Of a stretch of 64,000 nt of DNA, positions 54,199-64,000 are shown in pieces. The notes under the pieces were generated by a model. That model was not told where the DNA came from. It was given only the letters and a program-made list of their open reading frames with translations, and did not search any database. The position numbers were made by a program, and so were the translations under genes. Origin of the DNA: Lama guanicoe (lineage: Eukaryota); NCBI GenBank assembly GCA_013239625.1, contig MU053645.1, positions 798,274 through 862,273 of the forward strand, in the 5' to 3' direction. Position 1 is the first letter of the stretch. Every line of letters starts with the position of its first letter.

Positions 54199-55757
54199 TG
54201 TTTCCAGTAATGTCTTTACTGAGCAAAATGAATTCTACCTCCACTTCAAAATCTTAGTAAATTTTTAAATACTTACAAATATCTTTAGATTTGTGAACTT
54301 GTGGATGTTTAAAAAACAAAAAAAGGAACAGTGGTGGTGATTCTGATGCTCAACCAGCGGCAGTGAAATAGGGAGAGCAATGTAACTTCATAGAAACATT
54401 TTTATTGAACAAACTTCAACTCCACAAGGAACTCTACACATATCACGTTTTTAGCTGATTCAAGTTTCCTATGTTCAGAGCAGCAGTTTTTACCCATTGC
54501 TTTTTCCCATATTGATTTCAATTAAGTTTCACCTCTGAGAACCCAAGAAACTTCAAATTGTGCTCTTCTCCCCCTAATGAGTTTGCCCAAAATGTCTTCT
54601 CTCTGCTATAACCACAGTACAGGGAATACAAGAAACAGCATGACCTATTCTTAGTAAATATTCTGAGACTTTAATTCTTTCTTTTACATATATCTGTAGC
54701 AAAAATGCTTTCCTAGCTTTCCTTATGGGATAACGTTTTATGAGGCAAGTCAAGGGTTTGGGAAAGGAAGTAGGATGGGAAGCCAGCCAAGCACATCGTC
54801 CTCTTGCCTTGGCCATCTTCCTGTTGCAGCTGGTTATCCGAAGGCTGGGCAGTGTGCAAAAATAGCATGCTGGAATGGCTAAATTCTTGCTTGTGTTTTC
54901 TCCCTGGAAACCTATTTTTTTAAAGAACCTTGAATTCTGCATTGATTATTATTATTATAAAGACCCTTACTGACTTTTAAATGCTGAAATTATCTTAAAT
55001 GAACCTTTTTAAGAAGACGCAACCTACCCACCATTTTGAACAAAGCATACAAAGGTAAATGACATTTGACAGCATTTTGGTTGGATTTCCAACTGTGATT
55101 TTCTTTTGATTAAAATAAATAAATAAATGGTGGAGCACCAAGTTTGTCACCTGACCATTGTTAAAGCTGACATTTCCAAAACAACTATGCTAATATGACA
55201 TTTTCCTTTTTTTCCTTGGTAGTTTGGTGTGATCTGACAGTGAACCAAGAGGACTTCCTTTGAAACCTTTGGTATTTGACTAAGTGCCACCTATACATCA
55301 GTTGCTTTCAAACTATTGTCAGTTTCCTGTCTCCTTGTCATAAATGAAAGGAATAGGCTGCTTTAAAACTTCAGCATATTCCCCATCCCCTAAACTGTGA
55401 GTAGCACAGACCATAGACTGGTTTAAAAGAAATGCAAAGTCCTTTAATAAAAAACACAGCTGTGGTTACGGTGAAGCCAATTGCTTTTTAGCATGTCTGC
55501 CTACTTGGGCTTTTCCTTTATCCCCCCCTGGAGATTAGAAATAATTTAACAATGCAGAAATGTCCACTCATAAGCTACCATGTACCTCTTTCTGACCATT
55601 AGCTGTCCTTTGTAAATAAAATTCATGCAACATCACTAACTCCACAAACGAATTTTGAAAGGCTAGTTGCTTTCCATGGGAAGTTCAAGAAATAAATACC
55701 TGCTCAATTTGGAGAAAGATTATATTAGCATTTGATTGGGAGAACTAAACTAATTTA

Positions 55758-56107
55758 TAGGAGAAGTCAGCAAATTATGGCCCTTGGGCCAAATCTGGCC
55801 TGCTGCCTGGTTTTGTAATGGTTTATGAGCGAAGAATGGTTTTTACAGTTTAATTTTAAATGGTTTTAAAATCAAATTAATAATACTTTATGATGTGAAA
55901 ATTGAAAATTCTGTGTCCATAGCCATAATCATTTGTATGTATATATGTATATATATACACACACACACGGCTGTTACACATATATCATATATTACTCTTT
56001 CTCATGATACAACGGTGGTTGAGTAGTTGTGACAGAGAACAGATGGCCCACAAAGCCTAAAATATTTACTACCTGGCCCTTCACAGAATAAAAGTTTCCT
56101 TAACCTG
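55758..56107. mobile_element. MER58B-like hAT-Charlie MITE
   Basis: gtcagcaaattatggcccttgggccaaatctggcc..tggcccacaaagcctaaaatatttactacctggcccttcacagaa. Confidence 0.8.
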
Positions 56108-56789
56108 GTCTAGAATCATATTTAATTAGGGAAAAACAGCTACTTTTTCCCTATAAAAACAGCTACTTTTTCCCTATATAAAGCAGTGAAAAATACCTCT
56201 CTCAAACATTTAGGCCTTGGTAGAATTGAGGATACTTTTTGAAAACAAAAATTCCCATAAGGACAAATCAAACTCTAACCAGAATAACGTTTGAGCTCCA
56301 GCTCTCCCACTAATTCCCTGTGCGAATTTAGCCACACCACCTTCCCTTACTTGACTTACTTTACCTATCTTTAAAACCCAAAGTCTACATAAAACAATTT
56401 CTCTGGTCCTTCTCAAAATCTAAGATTTTCTTCTCCTTTTTAAAAATTTCTTATTTACATTAAAAAAAAATCATCCACTTTACTGAAGAACTCACCACAG
56501 GATTTCTGTATTTAGTAACTTCTTCCTGCTAAGGTACTTGTGTATTTATGTAAGTACTTGACTGATAAAGTTAAGGGGTATGCTATTAGAGATCTATCAG
56601 AAATACATAATGGCAGCTACTGAAATGATCATGAAAGAAGTCAATGTGAAAAGGAATTCAAGTAACAGAAATTAGACTTGTACGTGAGTTTTCTAGGAGA
56701 TATATATATATAGACATATTATTCAACTAAAATTAATTTTTATGCTAAACACATTCTATTTTGGTCCACTGACTATGTAGCAGTGTAGG

Positions 56790-57280
56790 ACTTTTCTACC
56801 TCAAGTGTGGTCTGTGGACCAGCAATATTTGTATCCCCTGGGAGCTTGTTAGAAATGCAGAAAATCAAGCCCCATCCCAGACCTACTGAATCAGCATCTG
56901 CAGTTGAGCAAGATTTCCAGGTAATTCCTATGACTATGAAAGTTTGAGAAGCACTGGTGTAGGACAGTACTTCTGAGACAGTGGGCTGTGGTGCATCAGA
57001 ACCACCCGGAAGAGGGGGAGGGTAGAGCTCAATGGTAGAGCACATGCTTAGCATGTATGAGAGCCTGGGTTCAATCCCCAGTACAAACAAACAATACAAC
57101 AAATACCAATTCCACCCCCCTCCAAAAAAAGAATCACATAGAGGTGCTAAAGAAATGTGCTTATTGCTTGATCCTGACTCTAGATCTTTTGAATCTGAAT
57201 CTCTTCAATGAGACCTGAAAATCAGTTTCTTTTAAAGCACTCCAGTAATTCTTATGCATAATACTATTCGAGAAGCACTG
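56790..57280. mobile_element. Two adjacent MER5-type MITEs, the second split by a SINE
   Basis: cctgggagcttgttagaaatgcag..cccagacctactgaatcag..gagaagcactg (to 56956). The second copy (~56964-57280) also ends gagaagcactg. Confidence 0.75.
57014..57130 (+). mobile_element. tRNA-derived SINE, Vic-1-like
   Basis: GGGGGAGGGTAGAGCTCAATGGTAGAGCACATGCTTAGCATG..GGTTCAATCCCCAGTAC plus an A-rich tail. Same family as the copy at 9015. Confidence 0.85.
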
Positions 57281-58626
57281 GAGTAGTGGTTAAGAATGTC
57301 AATTCTTTTTAGTGGAACATTCCTAGTTTTCTTATTTAATAGCTCTGTTATATCATGTTACTTAGCCAATTTGATTCTAAATTTTGTCACCTGTAAAATA
57401 GGGATAAAAAAATACTTCCCTACCTTATAGGTTTTTGTGAAGATTCAACTACAGAATGAATGTGTCTGGCATACAGTAAGCACTCAGTACACACTAGCTA
57501 CTTCTAATTTGATCAGAATTGTCATCATTCCCACTACCACCACCACCATCAGGAGTGGGGAAAGATTAAGCTGAATATGTAGGTGGGAGGATAAGAGATC
57601 ATGTTGGGTCTTGTTTCCAAACAAATCAGCTTGTAATTTAATCTGCACACATTGGAGAACCATTGAAGGTTTTGAAGAAGAGGCCTTATCCAAGCTTTGA
57701 TAAACTTGGTTTTCGAGAATGGTGAGGGAGTCTAGACCAGAAGGATCACTGAGTTTTCAATGGGCTTGTGCTTTCCAGTTGCATTCTAAAAACTCTAATC
57801 CTAACCATCATCAGTATGTAGGTTAGATTGTAATTGATCTGGGGCTCAGATATACCTAATCAGCAATTTCAGAGTGACCTGCGACTTGGAATGACCTCTA
57901 GATCTAAAACTCCTGAGATCTTTCTAGTCTGTCAAATCAATCACACTGGCTAAGTGTCAGCAGTGGGATGAAGACAAAAATCAAAATCTTAAGAGGAAGC
58001 TATAATTTAATGGAGACAAAAAATGCACAGAACTAAGCATGATCACAGAAGAGATATATGTTTAATTGAAAAGAATTAAATGTGTGGCAAAAATAACAGC
58101 ACAAGGAAAACTTAAATGCACTGAGATTGTTCTATCCCTCCCTAGTCTGGACTCAGAGCTCTAAAACTTCTACTCTTGCCAAATTATCAAACGGACACTC
58201 TTGCTCTGTGAACACACTTAGTTTTGTACTGTGCCTGATATTAAACAAAATCCATGTATGTCCTTAAGGAGCTTACAATTCATTTATAGAACTAAGGCCT
58301 ACATACAAGAAATCACTAGAGGGCAATGAAAGACAGACTAGAAACCAGTGCTAGACGAGGTGGCTTAGGGCAATAGCAGGAAGAGATGTGGGAGTTGGAA
58401 AATATATAGAATCTGAAGCAGAAGTAAAAACAAGGGGGGTCAGCAACTTTATGAAATGTATGGAGTCAGGAAAACACTATAAGAATGGTTGAATAAATTA
58501 TGATACACTCACATGATACAACAAAACTACAAAGTAATTTTAAAAATAATGGGTTAGACTTACTAGCTTACTTGGAGAGATTTCCAAGATGTACCATTAA
58601 ATTAGAAGGCAGATATGTAGCATAAT

Positions 58627-59191
58627 TTTTAGAGCAGGCAGGTAGCTAGATATGATCAGAGAAAGGGAGATACAGGCCAAATGGCAGGAAACCACACATC
58701 TTGTGAACAATGGGGGTCCTTGGGCAGACAGAGAAAAGCAGGAACCTCCAGCATGATGAGAAACCATATATTTTGGGTTGACAAGTGTCCTGGGACAAGA
58801 CAGGAATCTTTATCATCGGAATGTAATTTTTCACTCATTATACCCCCATCCAAATGTAACCTTTAGCTTATCATGCCCTCATCCAAGTTCTCGATCAAGA
58901 CTAAATAAGGACCAAAAAAAAAAAAATCCCACCTACCTGGAGGTGGGATGAAGATCAGGAAAGAGGACCCAAACCCCTCTCTGCCAATGAATGTTCTGCC
59001 CATTCACTTTTACACCCATATAACCAGCTTGCCAAAGAAACTGGGGGCAGCTACCCACCTGGGTCTGCTCGCTCTCCCCTTGAGAGCATGCTCTCTGTCC
59101 CTTAATAAATCCTTGCTTTGCTTTCTCGACCTCCTTGTCTCGTTTCTGAATTCCTTCTGGGGTGAGACAAGAAACTTGCTCTCTGATAACA
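58627..59191 (+). mobile_element. ERV1-like solo LTR inserted in an old L1M fragment
   Basis: Ends T(T)TTAGAG...TAACA (decayed TGTTA/TAACA) with a 4-bp TSD TAAT (58623-58626 and 59192-59195). CCAAT at ~58984, TATA-like at ~59019, AATAAA at 59104-59109. Confidence 0.75.
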
Positions 59192-62100
59192 TAATCTCAC
59201 TTGTGTAAAACAAACAAAATCTCCTCTGTGTGTGCTTATGTAGAGAAAGTTATGTAAGGATATATACCAGCTTGTAAATACTGGTTTGAGGGTAGTGGTA
59301 GGTAGGTGGTCTGCACTCATGCTCAAACTAGGCACTAAAAGTCCTCAGTTACATAATCTATTCAGGGTATAATGCACGCACCTACACGTAAAACAGAATA
59401 ATAATAAACTATGATAAGTATATTGAACAATATTTGCTTAACACTTTGGGGTAGAAGAACTTAGCAGTATACTTCATCCTTTGCTGGAATGGAAAAAATC
59501 CATCTCCAAGGCTGTCAGTCTTTCAAATATTCAAACTACTGGTTGGGAAAAAAAGTTATTCGTTTCTAAGTGCTTTATAACTTCACTGATTACCTTGTCC
59601 TTATCTGAGATCTATTCAAATGCATTCAGCAATTAAATTCCTTTCCTTGCTTGCTCCTTTGGGAGTCTCTGTAGCGTACATGTAAAAAGTGGAAGAAAAT
59701 CACCAGACGTAACTTTGCAACAGAAAACAAGGAGACAATGATGATGAAACTTTAGCTAATGTTCATAGCTCTTTGCCATACTGTAATTAATTTCCAACTC
59801 TCAACATTTCTGGGCAAAATATCAAAGGTCACAGAGGGGAGGGTTATGCTCATTATTATATGTGGTAATGCCCTTCTGGCAGAACCTTGCGGCAATACCT
59901 GATCAACTTGGGAAGAATACTGAGTCTCTGGTATGTTGCCTTGTTGTATTTGTTACTAAGGAAATATCCTGCTGGCATTCAGAGAAAATGAATACACTTG
60001 ACACCTACATCACATCAACCTTTCCTGCCTAGTCATCTCCAATGAGAACTAAGATGAAGAGAATTGTTTTTACAATTAAAATTTTTGGCCTATTTCAGAA
60101 CTTGCTATAATCAACTCCAGCCAGTAAAAATAACACCTTCACCTCTCTAACAAATGGCTAAATGAGGAGCTTATTTAATCCTTAGCAAAATGAAAAACAA
60201 AAAACCACAAAAAAACAAGAAATATCATAGTAAAACTGCATTGACACCACTAGCTTGGAATTTGTAAAAATTCAGAAAGGAACCCTGATGAAGTCTGCTT
60301 TTCAACATATGCAGGTAGGAAAACAGGAACATACCAAACACATGAATGGTGGTCATAAGTTTACATGGTCAATATCCAGTGTCAACTATGTATGTTTACC
60401 GGCATGATTCCATGTGGGTATTCTCATGACCAATGAATACTGAGACATATTCCCTATAGAGAGGGGCCAGATCAGGGAGAAAACTGTGGATATAATCTCT
60501 ATTTTTCTACAGGAAAATGTTTCACATATTTGATAACATCAAGTGGGAACTGGCAGACTTACCTATTGACCTAGCATGTATCCCTGACTAGCTGCTGTCT
60601 GGGAAGTTTTATGCAAGGGATCAGTTGTAAGAAGTTATTTGGAGAATAAAGTAAACTTATCCTGTGTGGCTACACAGGGTTAACTAGGACCAAGTACAGA
60701 ACAATTATGGGGAGGCAGGATTTGAGTCAATATTAAGGAAGAACTTTCCAATAACAGAATACACTGCCTACAAAAACAGCATGTTCACTGCCTTTGCAGA
60801 GGGATATGACCAAAAGATTTCCTACAGTGGGTGGGAGCTTGAACTACATAGTTTCTAAGTTCTTTCTAATTGCAAAATTCTATTTTGTAGGACTACATTT
60901 AACCTACTTGAGAGAACGAACTTTACGTACCTTGTAAATACCTACTGAGAAAAAAAAGCAACAAATTATTATCTATTTATAAATGCAATCAAGGAATATC
61001 TACTTGGAAACAATTTTTGTTAGTTTAGTTGGAATTTCTGTGCTTGAGTGAAACAAGCACGTTCCTTCAAAAATATTTTGCTATTTTGTCTGGCCTTCCT
61101 CCCATGCGATACCTGTCACTATAATCACCATTCAGCCAGAATTAGTGAGTAAAGAGTTAGCACATGACTTTGAGAAAAATGGATAAGCACTGAAGAAGCT
61201 TGCAGGGTTAGGATGATTCAATGACTTTTCAAAACATTAAGCTTCCCCCCCAACAAATTAGCAAGCTTAGTGCCTTAGTATACTTTCTACACACATTTCT
61301 ATAGCACCTTCTGTCTGCCAGGCACTGTGCTAAAATATGGAAATGGACAAAGGAAAACAAAACAGACACAAACCCCTTTCTTCTTGGAGTTTATAACATT
61401 AACCATTGTAACTTTAGTGACGAAACATATTTGTGTTTAACAAACAGTATCCCCTATTCTAAATGCCCAGACAATAATGACAAGCAGCTGGAAGAGAAAG
61501 TAACCCAAGCTATTATGTCACTGGAACAAAGACTACTGAGACTGTCCTTAGGTAAACATATGACTGCTTAAGGTGTGGGGTGCATTACAAAATTATTCTT
61601 TAAGTAAAACTAAGTAAATAAATAAATCAAGATTATGCATTTAAGAGTTATAAAAATATACTCTGAACATTTTATTCAAAATTTACACACGTCGCTGTGA
61701 CTAACGTAATGAACAACCAAGTCTTTCAAAGTAGGTGAAAAATTCAAAGAGAAATTCAAAGGAGGGAAAAACAGGAATAGACATATCTGCTTTTAATAAA
61801 ATAGTTTTAAAGTATGATAATAAAATGAGGCCATCAGTAGGCATAGGTAGAGTTTATTTCAAATAAATAAGTTTGTGATTCATATAATCTTGACACTTAG
61901 ACCTTGTAATCTGAGGTCTGTGGATGGGCTTCACAAGTCTTTTTATCCCCTGAAAATGTATGTAAAACCATGTGCATATGTGCGTTGTTCCTCTGTGGAA
62001 ATATTTCATAATTTTCTCCAGATTCTCAGAAATGGCCTATGAGCTGCTCTACTCCCCTCTCCTACCCCCACTGCAAAGTTTAAAAAAAATCGCTGTTTTA

Positions 62101-64000
62101 AAAGGAAGCATGGCAAGAGATCCCCAGAAAGGCAAGATGGGCTATTGGCAGCATAAAGGCTTTGTAGTACAGGAATAATGACTAGTTAAGCACTTTAGCA
62201 AAGTGCCAGGGCTCTTACGAGCCAATTTACAAATGATGGGAAGTGAAGGTTGTGCCTTTAAAAAAACTTGAAATTGTCTTGATGATGCCACATTTAGATA
62301 CATGATTAATAGGAGTGAAGTTGATGAGAATTTTCTGTCTCCAAAAGAAACCATAAATGATTATAGCACTGAATCAAGCCAGGTTTGGGGCTACTTATCT
62401 CTAAATCATCTTGGGAAAGGCCCAGGAACAGATATGCTGATTAGTTATGGAGGGTCTTTGTTTAAAAGCCTGAAGGTTTTAAAGGAGGACTGTAGAGAAA
62501 AATGAAATGAGAACTTTAATAAATGAAGCCCTATCTCAAGGTCATACCAAGAAAAGGAAATACTAGTTCACTTACATTCCAGGATATAAAGCTTTAGCTT
62601 TGAACGTCTAAATATGTATTTATTAACCCTCTTCCATATTAGCACAGCCATCACCACCGACAAAGAAATCCTATTCAGTATTCTCTTTGTTCTGAAAGGT
62701 ATGGCCGAATTCATGGTTCTAATCCACCAACTAAATCTCAGATAATCTATCTACCAATTATTCCCATGCATCACTGATCATAAAGACAGAGAATATGTTT
62801 GATTCATTCTTTTTTCCGGTAGTGGGGAATATATACACCTGCTAGTCATTTGTGGCTTGCATTTGTGTGATGACTGGTTGGGGTAAGAGTTTGGGATAAA
62901 TCTAAACTAACTGCTTCAAAGACTGACTGTCTAACTATGATGCCATCCTAAAATAGGGCTCCCTCCAGCGAACCTAAACTACTTGGACATATGATCACAG
63001 GAATAACACTTTCCTGACCCTCACCCCTCAGCTTTCTTTCTCTGGCTCAGCCTCATGTTTTAATCCTTACATTTCTTTAAAGAGATAATTTTTTCTCTCC
63101 ACCAGGATGTAAGTACCTTAGGTAAAGGTGTCTTGGTGAATTCTAATCCTGTATTCTTCCCACTGCACTACAATCAAATACTATATGGACTTGGGCACAA
63201 CAAAAGGAACATTTTCAAAGTAAATGGCTAACATGCACATTTCATTGAAATGAGTATATATGTTCCATTTCATTTTGCTTATCAACAAGCTCTTTGGAAT
63301 CTCTGGAAGGCCTCATAAATATTTACCTTTGAAGCAATATTCAAATGCTAGGCTAATTAATAGGTCCTGAGAACTGTGCAGAACCGATAGCAGGTTTATT
63401 TGCTTATTGTCTGCCTCACCCCTCTCCACTGGAATGCTTGCTTTATGAGAATACAGACTTTGTTTTGTTCAGTAACACATCCCCTGATCTTAAAACAATG
63501 CTGCGAACCTATCAGATGCTCAGCAAATGTCTCCCCACTGAATAAATAAATATGATTCTTGCCTCTTATAGATAAACTCAAATACATTTTACTAGGAAAT
63601 TCCATTTGGACTTTTACTTATAAATAAGATCCTATCTGTAATGTGACATTTTCACATTAGCAGATTAAGCTCTCTGATTTGATTCAGAAACGACTAAGAT
63701 CACGCTTCCCCAGAGAGCAATGGGCATTTGCCCGATTATCATCCTTTTGTAATTCTCCAGCCTCTTATGTGAGTTAATCTGGCTCACTCCATGGATATTG
63801 CCTGTCCCTGGTTGTGGCTCAAATTTTATTTAAGACGTTTTAAAATTGATAAATATTTTAAACCTCAAGTTTCCAAGCACTGTCTGTTACGTCACATGAG
63901 TGTGATTTCCTCCTTCCTTTTTTATCCTCCAAACCCAAATAGGAGACATTTAGCAATCCCCTCCAAGAAGGTGGGAGTTTGACTGGAGCAGACCCTCTTG

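Noticed and set aside
1..64000. CRISPR array, operon or other prokaryote-type novel system; further IL1RAPL2 exons or a nested TEX13-like gene
   Set aside because: The sequence is mammalian intron with no repeat-spacer array. No other IL1RAPL2 or TEX13-like coding sequence was recognisable, though very short exons could be missed.

Overview
Mammalian, AT-rich intronic DNA, not prokaryotic. Two tRNA-derived Vic-1-like SINEs point to a camelid genome. The window appears to lie inside the X-linked gene IL1RAPL2 on the - strand. Its only host coding exon is the 274-bp exon for the first Ig domain (11541-11814); the rest is intron and transposon relics (L1, L2, MIR, MaLR/ERVL/ERV1 LTRs, hAT and Tigger MITEs). 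I see no new multi-gene system. The notable content is a set of L1-mediated insertions: (1) a near-full-length processed RBM14 pseudogene copied from the short CoAM splice isoform, which keeps a CpG-island-like 5' end and shows apparent A>G-skewed divergence; (2) a U6/L1 chimeric retrocopy; (3) a 5'-inverted (twin-primed) L1; (4) a tailless L1 fragment with a perfect 12-bp target-site duplication (TSD); (5) short L1 3' ends whose 5' breakpoints cluster. Repeat family names and reference protein comparisons come from recall, not database searches. Repeat boundaries are approximate unless TSDs are given.
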